DNA of 64,000 nt from Octopus vulgaris (GCA_951406725.2 OX597834.1:39432001-39496000); one strand, 5' to 3'. Shown: positions 43,615-59,681, counted from the stretch's first letter. Notes: generated by a model not told the origin, from the letters alone. Numbers and translations are program-made.

Positions 43615-43796
43615 AGGCCAAGATAATATTCATTCGAGATTCAAAAGAATTTTCTTTCTTTTTTTTTGAAATCCTTTCAAACGTGTAATTCCTTAATGGA
43701 TACACTGAAATAATCACGAGGAATGGTTAGGAAGAACATTCTCAGATTGGAGTGATGGTAGTGACGGTGACAATGCAGCGTTGCAGGGGGAGTTCT

Positions 43797-44006
43797 TGAT
43801 GGTGGTGGTGGTGGTGTTGGTGGTGGTGGTGGTGGTGGTGGTGGTGGTGGTGGTTTTGGTGGTGGTGGTGGTGGTTTTGGTGGTGGTGGTGGCTTTGGTG
43901 GTGGTGGTGTTGGTTTTTTGGTGGTGGTGGTGGTGGTGGTGGTGGTGGTGGTGGTGGTGGTGGTGGTGTTGGTGGTGGTGGTGGTGGTAGTAGTGGTGGT
44001 GGGGGG

Positions 44007-44084
<78 letters not shown>

Positions 44085-44768
44085 ATGGTAATGGTGGTTG
44101 TATGATGGTGATGTTAATCTGTCTTTGAATGGTTCTGGATTTATTTGTAAGTTCTTTTACTTCCTTATTGTTTGTTGTTTTTTCTTCTGTTGTTTTGGTA
44201 ATTTAGACGAAAGAATTTCCTCGTCTCGAATCCACTTTTCTTGTCTGTATTAACCCACGTGACTGGGAATAAAGAAGGAATCTCACCGGGTGAAACTGAA
44301 ACAAGGGGGAGCTAATAAGTTGGGGGGGATAGAGTAAGGTAGAGGTCGCTGTAAGTTTAGTGTCGCTCTCGCTGTAACCGTTGTTGTTGTTGTTGCCGAT
44401 GTAGTTGTTGTTGCTTTGTGTTGTTAATGTTATTACTGTTATTACTGTTGTTGTTGTTGTTGTCGGTGGTAGTGGTGGTGGTGGTGTCGTTGTTGTTGTT
44501 TTTATTGTTATTGCTTCAGTTGTTGTTGTTGGTGGTGGTGTTGTTGTTGCTATTGTTATTGATTCTGTTGTTATTGTTGGTGGTGGTGTCGTTGTTGTTG
44601 TTTTTATTGTTATTGCTTCAGTTGTTGTTGTTGTTGGTGGTGTTGTTGTTGTTGCTATTGTTATTGATTCTGTTGTTATTGTTGGTGGTGGTGTCGTTGT
44701 TGCTATTGTGGTGGTGTCGGTTGTTGTTGTCGGTGGTCTCATTGTTGTTGCTATTGTTATTGTTGCTG

Positions 44769-44800
<32 letters not shown>

Positions 44801-44887
44801 CTCGTCGTTGTTGTTGCTATTGATATAGTTTCGGTTGTTGTTGTTTTTGGTGGTGGTGGCGGTGGTGGTGTCATTGTTGTTGTTATT

Positions 44888-44950
<63 letters not shown>

Positions 44951-45108
44951 GGTGGTGGTGTCGTTGTTGTTGCTTCTGTCGTTCTTGTTTTTACTATTGC
45001 CTCTCTTGTTGTTATTGTCATTATTGTGGTTGTTGTTTTACTTATTATTGCTCTTGTTCTTGACCTCGTCGTCGTTGCTGCTGCTGCTGCTGCCCCTGCT
45101 GCTGCTGT
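43797..45108. repeat. (GGT)n, (CGT)n, (AGT)n and (GTT/GGT)n tracts
   Basis: Direct inspection; source of the mucin-like poly-Thr and poly-Val ORFs. Confidence 0.9.
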
Positions 45109-45639
45109 TTAACACTGACGTCATCTGGAGATTAATAAACAATTTGGAGAAATATCGCGTCGAAGAAACGAAACACGAGAGCTTAAGTTAAGGCATCAAC
45201 TCTGTACGGAGTTATCTCTATTATTCATCGATGGATGACAAATAATCCGACATCAATCATTAATTATATTCTTTTGCATTGTTTTATTTCGTTTCTAACC
45301 GTTTGTTCGGCATTTAACCCATTTGACAAAGTTAAGACAATAAACCCAGCAAGTAATTAACACTAAGTCTTAAATATGTTAACTCTTTCATGTACTTCCG
45401 GTAGCCATATTGTAGACAGAAAGCAGGTGGATGGTTTCTAGCATCTGTGGCGTTGAATGGATGAAAGGGAAAAAATAAGGTTCCTCTTTTCTGGAATGTA
45501 CGGTGACCTGCTGTAACTTAAGGAAATTTCTCTTAGAAAATCTGGTGAAGAGGTTCTTAAACTTTTGGAATTTGTCCAGAATTTCAAAAAGGAAGAAGAA
45601 TTATGTGGATGAGAACTTTCTTATGTCTTCTCGTTATTA

Positions 45640-46390
45640 AGGCAGCGAGCTGGTAGAATCGTTAGCACGCCGGGCAGAATGCTTCGTGGTATTTCGTTCG
45701 TCATTAGGTTTCTGAGGTCAAATTCCGCCGAGATCGACTTTGCCTTTCATCCTTTCGGGGTTGATTAAATAAGTACCAGTTACGCATTGGGGTCGATATA
45801 ATCGACTTAATCCGTTTGTCAGTCCTCGTTTGTCCTCTCTGTGTTTAGCCCCTTGTGGTTAGTAAAGAAATAGATATTTCGTCTGCCGCTACGTTCTGAG
45901 TTCAAACTCCGGCGGGGTCGACTTTGCCTTTCATCCTTTCGGGGTCGATTAAATAAGTACCAGTTACACACTGGGGTCGATGTAATCGACTTAATCCGTT
46001 TGTCTCTCCTTGTTTGTCCTCTCTGTGTTTAGCCCGTTGTGGGCAGTAAAGAAATAGATATTTCGTCTGTCGCTACGTTCTGAGTTCAAACTCTGGCGGG
46101 GTCGACTTTGCTTTTTATTCTTTCGGGATCGATAAATTAAGTACCAGTAAAACACTGGGGTCGATGAAATCGACTAGTACCATCCCCAGAAATTTGAGGC
46201 CTTGAGCCTCCAGTAGAAAGATTAAGACGGCGAGCTGGCTGAATCGTTAGCACGCCGGTCAAAATACTTATTCGTATTTTGTCCGTCCTTACGTTTCTGA
46301 GATCAAATTCCGCTGAGGTTGACTTTGCCTTTCATCCTTTCGGCATCAACAAAATAAGTACCAGTTGAATACTGGGGTCGATGTAAAATT
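45640..46390 (+). mobile_element. SINE family A cluster: one headed copy, two headless tandem units (period 184-185 bp) and a further headed copy
   Basis: TATTTCGT restarts at 45690, 45875 and 46059. A new head, AAGACGGCGAGCTGG, begins at 46224. Confidence 0.92.
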
Positions 46391-46580
46391 TCCACTTTTT
46401 TCCTATTTTTATTCTCCTAAAATTTTCGTTGCGTCTTGCAAACTTTTCAATAGTTTTGACTCTGTCCGTTATTTACACTGCGTTCCCTTTTGTTTGTTTG
46501 TGCGCATGTGTGTGTGCCTATACATGTATAGGAATTTGTATACATGTGTATTTGCGTGTATGTATATATATATGTATATT

Positions 46581-46620
<40 letters not shown>

Positions 46621-46634
46621 AAATATATATATAT

Positions 46635-47040
<406 letters not shown>

Positions 47041-47046
47041 TAAATA

Positions 47047-47190
47047 TAGGGAAGCTTTATGAAAATAAACAAAAGACGAAGGCAGGTGGAATACAAACAA
47101 ATAATTGTATTAGTATGGCGCTCAGGAATAGAAATAAAACAAGGCTTTTACGTTTCGAGCCTACGCTCTTCGACAGAAAGATACACAGAA
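47047..47190 (-). mobile_element. Penelope-like short element with hammerhead variant (47145-47180)
   Basis: Minus strand CTTT-CTGTCGA-A-GAGC-GTAG-GCTC-GAAACGTA-AAAG, then TTCCTGAGCG.CA.ACTAATAC as in the 61140 copy. It is adjacent to (TA)n. Confidence 0.7.
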
Positions 47191-47194
47191 AAGA

Positions 47195-47412
47195 GTGTGT
47201 GTGTGTTTGTGTCTATATTTGTGCCCCCACCATCGCTTGACAACCGATGTTGGTGTGTTTACGAACACGTAAACTTGCGGTTCGCTTTAAGAGACCGACA
47301 GAAAAGGTGACTAGGCTTTCAAAGAATAAGTCCTGGGAGTCGATCTGTTCGACTAAAGGCGGCGCTCCAGCTTCGCAGCAGTCAAATGACTGAAACAAAT
47401 AAAAGACCAAAA
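47195..47412 (+). mobile_element. SINE family B, 3' half
   Basis: CATCGCTTGACAACCGATG...GACTAAAGGCGGCGCTCCAGC...AGTCAAATGACTGAAACAAATAAAAG. Confidence 0.85.
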
Positions 47413-47870
47413 ACGCATCATACATAGACTCGGGTCTGTTTGTAATATTTATTATACGTAAGATCTTTATGTAATAAAGTTATCAAAAGATTTCGTAACT
47501 TCTCGCATTATTTGCGAAACTTTAAGCTGTCAAACATCCCACGTGTGTCATCACGCTCTCCATTGGAGAGAGAGAGGTGGGGAGAGGGAGAGTAAAGGGG
47601 TAGAGAGAGAGAGGGGGGAATATTGACAGGGAGATTAACAGACAGAGAAATGAAGACATAATTAGAGACATTTAGAGAGACAGAAAATGAGAGAGAGAGA
47701 GAGAGAGAGAGAAAGCTATAGACAGTCAGACAGACAGACAGACAGAAAGTAATACCGGCAGACAGACAGACAGGCAAACAGGCAGAGAGATAGAGACAGA
47801 AAGGAAACACACACGCAGACACGCACACATATACACGCACACAGACACATACACACACATACACATGTAC

Positions 47871-47917
<47 letters not shown>

Positions 47918-49634
47918 GACTAATAGACATAGAAACAGAATGACACTGAGAAACGGTAAAAAAGAAAAGACAGAGATTGCGTGTGCGTGTGTGTATGTGT
48001 GTGTGTACGCTTGTTTGTGTGTGTGTACGCTTGTTTATGCATGAATGTGTATGCATGAATGTGTGTATGTGTGTGTTTTAAAGTTTACTTTTATCTTTAC
48101 ATCGCTCTTTTCACTTGATTTTCTTTTTTTTTCTTTTTTTTTTTTTACTTTTTTTCCCGTTTTACAATTTTTATCATTTTTTTCTATAATATTTTATTTT
48201 CCATTTTCCATCTATTTTTTTTTTTTGTTTGTTTGTAATATCTTTTGATTTTTCTCTTCTTTATCAAAACTCCAAGGAACCTTTATCTATTCATAGGTTT
48301 TATCGTCATCATCATCATCCTCCTCCTCATCATCATCATCATTGCTGCTGTAGTTCGCCTTTTATTCTTATTTTTTAACTTTTAGATTTCTTAAAGTAAT
48401 CAGACTCCATGAATTACTTTTAATGATTCGTTTTGTTATTATTTCAGCCTTTATTTATTTATTCATTATTTTATTTTTATTTTTAATATGGCTATCATTA
48501 TTATTATTATTATTATTTTTATTATAATTATTATTTTTAGTAGTGGCAGTCATTCATTTATTTATCTATTATTTTGTTTGTTTGTTTACTTTAAAGAATT
48601 AAACATCTTAGAAGAAAAGATTTCAGCGGTTCACTTCACATTTTGCCTTCATTGTTTAAATCGTTGAGAATATTATTTCTTGTTGTAAAATAAAATAGAA
48701 TAAAATAGAATAAAATAAAAATGAAGAAATAAAATAAAATACATGGAAAAAAAAATTGATGCTTTCAAATTTCAATCGTCTGCTTTTTATCCATTTCTTT
48801 CTCTCTCCCTCTCCCCCCCTCTATATCTCTATATATCTATCTATCCATCTATCTTTGTATCGTTACTAGACTTAAACAGCAGCCATTTTAAATGTCGCAA
48901 TGGCCGAATGGAAGAACAAGTAAGATGGCCTCTCCTGCTCACGGGTCATGATCACTTCGAAGTTCTTAATGGTAATAATAGATACTTTAGTTGTTCCTAC
49001 AAGCAGGAAAGAATATAAGCGGTGCCGCCGAAACCTGCTCTCTGTTTCGCCACATTTATCAAAAGACTATACGAAAACTAATGATGAAGAAATGGCGATG
49101 GTTAGCTGGTTTCTTGTAACTTCTTTTATTTATTTTCTTCTTCTTCGTAGTTTTCTTCTTCATTTTCTCCTTCTTCGGTTTCTTTGACTTCTCCACTTTC
49201 TTCTTCCTTTCCTTCTTATCTTTCTTCGCTTTTTTTTTCTTCTTTTCTTCTTCGTCTTCTTCGACTTCATCTTCGCTTTTTTCTTAATTTTCTTCAGCAC
49301 TATCTTCTTCATCCTCTCCGTTTTCTTCTTTACTTTCTGTTTTATCTACTTCTTTTCCATCATCATCATCATTATTTTCTTCTTCTTCTTCTTCTTCTTC
49401 TTCTTCTTCTTCTTCTTCTTCTTCTTCTTCTTCTTCTTCTTCCAGCTTCTACATCTTCTCTTCTTCTTCTCTCCCTAATTCTCCTCTCGTAACTTATACG
49501 CACTCCCCCCCCCCCACACACACCTTTCAAGCTGTCGAGGTAGGCTCTGAACAAAGTCGATGTAGTTTCAAATCGTCCTGGTGTAGCTTCAATGATATCC
49601 CTTTCCGTTTTTCTCTTACGTTATCACCATATTA

Positions 49635-49960
49635 GGTAATAAATGCATGACTTGTACTTGTTTTATCGAACCCGAGATGATGAGCGGTAAAGTCGACTTA
49701 GGCAGAATTTGAACTCAGAACGTAGTGACGGACGAAGCGCCGCTAAGCATTTTGTCCGTCGTGCTCACTATTCTGCCAGCTTGCTGCCTTCAATAATAAT
49801 GGTTTTAAATTTGGGCACAAGGCCAGCAATTTTGGGGGAGGGGATGAGTCGGTTACATCAACCCCAGTGCGTAACTGGTACTTATTTCATCGACCCCGAA
49901 AGAATGAAAGGTAAAGTCAACCTCGGCGGAATTTGAGCTCAGAACTTAAAGACGAACGAG
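49635..49960 (-). mobile_element. Two adjacent SINE family A copies
   Basis: AAAGTCGAC...AATTTGAACTCAGAACG...CTGCCAGCTTGCTGCCTT, and AACTGGTACTTATTTCATCGACCCCGAAAGAATGAAAGG. Confidence 0.82.
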
Positions 49961-50339
49961 ATGATTGTGTGTGTGTGTTTGTAAGTGTGTGTGCATGTGT
50001 GTGTGTGGGGGAGCGTGTTTTGAAGGGATAATTCTGAAGCCGTATGGGGTTAGCTGACGTTATCTTTCAAGCTACCTCCCACAGGTGTTTTCATCATCAT
50101 ACCTGCAAATAATAATCTAAGCCCTGGTTACAAGTTACCGGAAGTAACGTGAATTGTTGGGTAGCAGCTTGAAATCGCTATACCTGGGCTAAATATTTTG
50201 CTTACATTCTGAGTTCAAATTTCACTGAAGTTGGCATAATTATTCTTCATCTTTCCACCCATATTAATGAAATAAGTACCTGTGATATTCTAGATTCGAT
50301 AGACTCATTTATACCTCTTTTATGTGGAGATGGTCATTC

Positions 50340-51255
50340 TACCTCCTACCTGTAAAACTAGCACCTGGTGCTTCCTTCCAGCGAACAAGGTACCTTCTAC
50401 GTCCTTCTTATGAAAATGGTACCATGTGCCTTCTGCAAGTGAAGATGGTACCTGGTGCCCTCTTCCTGGTCAGATGATACCTGGCTCCTCTTTCTTGGGC
50501 AAATGGTACCTGGTGCCTTCTTCCTGGGCAAATGGTATCTGGTACCTCCTTCCTGGACATATGGTACCTGGTACCTTCTTCCTGGGTAAATGGTATCTGG
50601 TACCTCCTTCCTGGACATATGGTACCTGATGCTTTCTTCCTGGACCGATGGTACCTGGTACCTCATCCTGGGCAGGTGGTACCTGGTGACTTTATGCTGG
50701 ACAAATGGTACCTCGTACCTCCTTCCTGGGCAGATGGTACCTTGTACCGCCTTCCAGCGAAAATGGTACTTTGTACCTCTTTCCTGGGCAGATGGTGCCT
50801 TGTACTGCCTTCCAGCGAAAATGATACCTTGTACCTCCTTCCTGCGGTAATGCATTTGGTGCCTTCTATCTGCGAAGGCGGTACCTTGTGCCTCATTCCT
50901 ACGAAGAAGGTACCTTGTGCTTTATTCCAGCAACAATAGTACCTTTTACATCTTTCCTGCGACGATAGTACGATGTACCTCATTCTTGTAAAGACAGTAC
51001 CTTTCTCTTCTTCTTGTAAAGATGGTACCTTATCCTTCATTCCTGAAGAAATAGTACTTTGTATCTCCTTCCTCAAAACATGGTGCCTTGTACCTTCCTC
51101 TGCGAAAATGGTACCTGGTACAGTCTTCTTGTGAAGATGGTATATTGTATCTTCTTCCTTTGAAAATCCTACCGTGTGCCTTCTTCCCGCAAACAGAGTA
51201 CCTTGTACCTCCTGTACCTTGTGCCTTCTTCCTGTGGAGAATGTACCTTATGCCT
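50340..51255. repeat. Degenerate minisatellite, 29-bp unit (approx. GGTACCTGGTGCCTTCTTCCTGGGCAAAT), about 31 copies, local 58-bp dimer
   Basis: ATGGTA cores follow positions 50501, 50530, 50559 and 50588 at 29-bp spacing. Alternate units are near-identical at 58-bp spacing. Confidence 0.92.
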
Positions 51256-51344
51256 AAATCGGAGATATCCAACAAAGAATGATAGCACCAACAACAACAG
51301 CAACAATAGCAACAACAACAATCATAATAATAATGATTATGATG

Positions 51345-51612
51345 GATTCTCCCGTCTAAGGGTGTTCAGCTTATGCCGAACGACATGCACAGATGTATGT
51401 ACCGTACATTAGTTCAGTACCGCCATCAAATCGAAGTTGCCTGAACAGGTGCACGGTGTACCACGTGTCAGGGGTCGAAGTGATCGCGAAACAACGTGAG
51501 ATGAAGTGTCTTGCTCAAGAACACAACACACAATCTGCTTTACGAATTGAAACCACTATCACGATCGCTAGACTGTGAGTGCAACGTCGTAACCATTAAA
51601 AACATGCAACCT
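51345..51612 (-). mobile_element. SINE with family C-type head and core and a distinct tail, diverged
   Basis: CAACGTGAGATGAAGTGTCTTGCTCAAGAACACAAC is the reverse complement of the family C core. The downstream tail is unrelated to the other C copies. Confidence 0.7.
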
Positions 51613-51752
51613 AATAATAATAATAATAATAATAACAACAACAACAACAATAATAGTAATACTTATAATCTGTTCTAGGTGTAAAGTCTGCCCTAGGTGT
51701 ACGGAAAACACTCGGCGATAAAAGGAAGAAAATTTGAAGAAAGAAGGGAACA

Positions 51753-51826
<74 letters not shown>

Positions 51827-51926
51827 TAATAATAATAATAATAATATGATTTGAACATTTTGCACAAAGCCAGTAATTTAACGGGAGTGAATAAGTCGAT
51901 TACGATGACTCCCCCCACCAGTGTTC

Positions 51927-52252
51927 AAGAAGAAGAAGAAGAAGAAGAAGAAGAAGAAGAAGAAGAAGAAGAAGAAGAAGAAGAAGAAGAAGAAGAAGAA
52001 GAAGAAGAAAAAGAAGAAGAAGAAGAAGAAGAAGAAGAAGAAGAAGAAGAAGGAGCAGGAGCAGGAGAAGAAGAAGAAGAAGAAGAAGAAGAAGGAGGAG
52101 GAGGAGGAGGAGGAGAAGAAGAAGAAGAAGAAGAAGAAGAAGAAGAAGAAGAGGAGGAGGAGAAGAAGAAGAAGAAGAAGAAGAAGAAGAAGAAGAAGAA
52201 GAAGAAGAAGAAGAAGAAGAAGAAGAAGAAGAAGAAGAAGAAGAAGAAGAAA
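51927..52252. repeat. (GAA)n/(GGA)n polypurine tract, about 325 bp
   Basis: Direct inspection; only two pyrimidines interrupt it. Confidence 0.97.
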
Positions 52253-52650
52253 TAATAGTAACAAGAACAACAATGAAAACTCCTAAACTGAATCCGAACC
52301 TCCAGGCTCTCAGTTCGCTATCAAATATGTTAACCATTTGGCCATATTAACTCCATTCAAGGTTTGCAAATCAAATCCCTCGATTGTGGTAAAACGGTGA
52401 AACGCTCGCTTGATCTCCCACGAACGACTAACGTATGTTAGTATCATCTCGTTTCATTTGATTAGTGTTGTCCAAGAGCTTTACAACATGAGACATATGA
52501 TCCCAGATCTTATGACTAATCTTAGGGATTTGTTAGACAAAATTATTTGTCTTGAACGTTCAGCTCAAGAGATTTAACCAATCTTGTTGATTGGTGCTGC
52601 GAGAAGCTGACGGCATTAACACTTAAATCCACGTGAACGTGACTAGGATA

Positions 52651-52921
52651 TCTTCAATTCATAAGCTGACATGGAGCAAAGGGCAAGACGGTTAAAATGG
52701 TAATCCTGCTAACCGGTTTCAATTCCTGACATTGACTTCGGAAAATTCGTAGCATCACAAATTTTAATTTCTTATCCTATCTTTATGCTCTCTTCAATTC
52801 ATAAGCGGACATAGAGCAAAGGGCAAGACGGTTAGAATGGTAATTCTGCTAACCGGTTTCAATTCCTGACATTGACTTCGGAAAAGTACGAAGCATCACA
52901 AATTTTAATTTCTTATCCTAT
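52651..52921. repeat. Tandem duplication, 140-bp period, two copies
   Basis: TCTTCAATTCATAAGC...AATTTCTTATCCTAT starts at 52651 and again at 52791, with a few substitutions. Confidence 0.92.
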
Positions 52922-53027
52922 GCTTGAGCTCATGCTTTCTGTTTAAGGCATATATTTTAAACAGATTCTGATTTAGAAAATGACTATTTGTAAATCTCAC
53001 AACGAGAGATATTCAGCAAGAGTACTT

Positions 53028-53128
53028 TGGAGTAAAGATTATTTGCCAATATAACATGGCAGTCCTAATCATAACATTCGACCTAAACCAGGACTGCCAT
53101 GTTATGTTGCCAAATAATCTTTACTCCA
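53028..53128. repeat. Long inverted repeat (39-bp arms, 23-nt loop); palindromic MITE-like
   Basis: TGGAGTAAAGATTATTTGCCAATATAACATGGCAGTCCT pairs with AGGACTGCCATGTTATGTTGCCAAATAATCTTTACTCCA, with two non-Watson-Crick positions. Confidence 0.88.
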
Positions 53129-53541
53129 CAAGATTTCATAGAATTTCCTATGATGTAGCACAGAACACAGCAACTCAGGCTAATACGAATGAGCCTGGTA
53201 GGTATAAAAGACTATCTGGCATCTCTTGTCAAGAGTACAGGCGACAGTCAGATCGCTGATGTTTGTTGTGCAGTCCGTTGTCGTTATTTGATTGCTGTTA
53301 GTCTCTGCGTCTTTGTGTAACTATCAGTTATGTTTTGCAGGGTTGCTTTGATTTTAACCTTAACTTAGAAATGGAGAAAGACATAGTGCTAGATATAAAA
53401 AATAAGCTATTAGGAGCTAGAAATATTGCGGAAAATGCGAAATTCTTCGAGCCGGTATTTGTTTTATGCGAAATCTGTGACGAGTCCGAGTGACAAAATT
53501 GAGACCGAGTGACGCTGATGACTTGGAGTCGTCTCTGATGA

Positions 53542-53601
<60 letters not shown>

Positions 53602-53610
53602 GTATGTATG

Positions 53611-53760
<150 letters not shown>

Positions 53761-53785
53761 CATACATACATACATATATACATAC

Positions 53786-53843
<58 letters not shown>

Positions 53844-53848
53844 GTGAA

Positions 53849-54188
53849 GGCGCATGGCTCAGTGGTTAGAGCGTCGAGCTTACGATCGTGAGGTTGTGAG
53901 CTCGAATCCCGGACCGGGCTGCGTGTTGTGTTCTTGAGCAAGACACTTTATTTCACGTTGCTCCAGTTCACTCAGCTGTAGAAATGAGTTGCGACGTCAC
54001 AGGTGCCAAGCTGTATCGACCTTTGTCTTTCCCTTGGATAACACTGGTGGCGTGGAGAGGGGAGGCCGGTATGCATGGGCGACTACTGGTCTTCCATAAA
54101 ACAACCTTGCCCAGACTTGTGCCTCAGGGGGTAACTCTCTAGGTGCAAACCCATGGTCACTCATGACCGAAGGGGGTCTTTACCCTTT
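53849..54188 (+). mobile_element. SINE family C, full length
   Basis: GGCGCATGGCTCAGTGGTTAGAGCG (A box), GAGCTCGAATCCC (B box), GTGTTCTTGAGCAAGACACTT (CORE-like), tail ending CTTTACCCTTT. It is flanked by TA/CATA repeats. Confidence 0.92.
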
Positions 54189-54192
54189 ATAT

Positions 54193-54237
<45 letters not shown>

Positions 54238-54239
54238 CA

Positions 54240-54333
<94 letters not shown>

Positions 54334-54771
54334 TATATAGTTATATATATATATGATATGTTTAATCCATAATCATTAGTTCGACAAAATATATTATGTT
54401 ACATATCTATGGCTCATCGAAAGCCAAAGACGAACACATCGGCTTCCTTATCAATCACAGGCGAAAAAACATATTTTGCGAACCAACGAATATGGGTCGA
54501 ATATTTTTGGCTATGTATTATACATTTTATCCTCTCCAACTCGCAAACTTTTACCACTGGAGCAATTTAAGCAATTTTTCTGTTGTCCTAGCGCTGGAGG
54601 GCTTCGAACTCCATTGCTGATTTTACACTATGGTTCCTATGTATATGGACTATAAGAGCAATATTCAAAATGGCAATTCTTATCCACAGGACGCAACAAT
54701 GGTTTCTTAAGACATCATCACAGTTTGCTTTGGAATTGCTGTATCCAACCAAGAGAATTGCTTTCAAACGT

Positions 54772-54982
54772 TCATCCGTGGCACATTGGGCAAATGTCTT
54801 CTACTAAAGCCTCGGGCCGACCAAAGCCTTGTGAGTGGATTTGGTAAATGGAAACTGAAAGAAGCCCGAAAGTATAAAAGGCAAAGTCGACCTCGATGGA
54901 ATTTGAACTCAGAACGTAACGACAGACGAAATACTGCTAAGCATTTCGCCAGGCGTGCTAACGTGTCTGCCAGCTCGCCGCC
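54772..54982. mobile_element. SINE B fragment (+) joined to SINE A 5' half (-)
   Basis: TTGGGCAAATGTCTTCTACT...AAACTGAAAGAAGCCCG, then AAGGCAAAGTCGACCTCG...CTGCCAGCTCGCCGCCT. Confidence 0.85.
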
Positions 54983-55255
54983 TACTTATGCTAAATATAT
55001 ATACACAGCAGAAGGTCTTCAGAGAAGAAACTCCACTCTGGCAAGTGTTACGGCGCAAAATTTCCTACGCACTAAGGCAAAGCTGCTAAAACTTTTTAGC
55101 TTCTTGAACATCGGACACCTGTGCAGTTAAACCGCCTAGTAAATTCCATTATATATATATATATATATTAGAAATATATAAAATTACTAAGTCTCTCTAA
55201 AGGAGATTCAACGGCAGCGTTACTGGATATTAGGTCGCGGTCTTAAAGCGACGAA

Positions 55256-55365
55256 AATATGGCAGTCTAAATATAAGATTCGTGTGTCATATAGTGAATC
55301 TAGAGACGGTGGTCTCTTGGAGCTAATCAGCGACAGCTTTAGTCTTATATTTAGACTGCCATATT
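55256..55365. repeat. Perfect 23-bp inverted repeat enclosing small hairpins
   Basis: AATATGGCAGTCTAAATATAAGA (55256-55278) pairs with TCTTATATTTAGACTGCCATATT (55343-55365). Confidence 0.88.
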
Positions 55366-55379
55366 AGTATGGCGATAAC

Positions 55380-55440
<61 letters not shown>

Positions 55441-55649
55441 AATGTATGTATATATTTGTATTTATATATATAAACAAATAACAGCAGAACTACAGCTGTT
55501 TCAGACGTGTTTTTTTATTGATGAATCGAGTTATTACAATAGGTGGGGAAAAAAAATAACCGTTTTCATCAGATGGAATATATACATGAATGAAATATTC
55601 TAAAAAATACATTCCAACGAATCCGAACATGGGCCACTTTATGATTACC

Positions 55650-59125
<3,476 letters not shown>

Positions 59126-59126
59126 T

Positions 59127-59503
59127 AGGCGCAGGAGTGGCTGTGTGATAAGTAGCTTGTCTATCAACTGCATGGTTCCGGTTCAGTCCCACTGCGTGGC
59201 ACCTTGGGTATGTGTCTTCTACTATAGCCTCGGGCCGACCAAAGCCTTGTGAGTGGATTTGGTAGACGGAAACTGAAAGAAGCCCGTCGTATATATGTAT
59301 GTGTGTTTGTGTGTCTGTGTTTGTCCCCTAGCATTGTTGGTGTGTTTATGTCCCTGTAACTTAGCGGTTCGGCAAAAGAGACCGATAGAATAAGTACTGG
59401 GCTTACAAAAGCATAAGTCCCGGGGTCGAGTTACTCGATTAAAGGCGGTGCTCCAGCATGGCCGCGGTCAAATGACTGTAACAAGTAAAAGAGTAAAAAG
59501 AGT
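59127..59503 (+). mobile_element. SINE family B, full length
   Basis: From the head AGGCGCAGGAGTGGCTGTGTG to the tail GGTGCTCCAGCATGGCCGCGGTCAAATGACTGTAACAAGTAAAAGAGT. Confidence 0.92.
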
Positions 59504-59626
59504 ATATTTATCTATATCTATATATACATATATATACATATATATACATGTATGTATATATATATATCCAGAAATATTTATGCAAATATATATATGTGTG
59601 TATGAATGTAAATATATATATATATA

Positions 59627-59658
<32 letters not shown>

Positions 59659-59681
59659 CATACATACATATTTAATTATAA

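Noticed and set aside
44203-45021. 272-aa Thr/Pro-rich mucin-like ORF (also 33000-33416)
   Set aside because: Explained by (GTT/GGT)n and (ACT/ACC)n expansions. There is no signal peptide or flanking domain, and overlapping frames on both strands are equally open.
53849-53920. tRNA gene (also heads at 37965-38038, 11048, 59917 and 6590-6664)
   Set aside because: A and B boxes are present, but the cloverleaf is imperfect and each head continues into a multi-copy SINE body.
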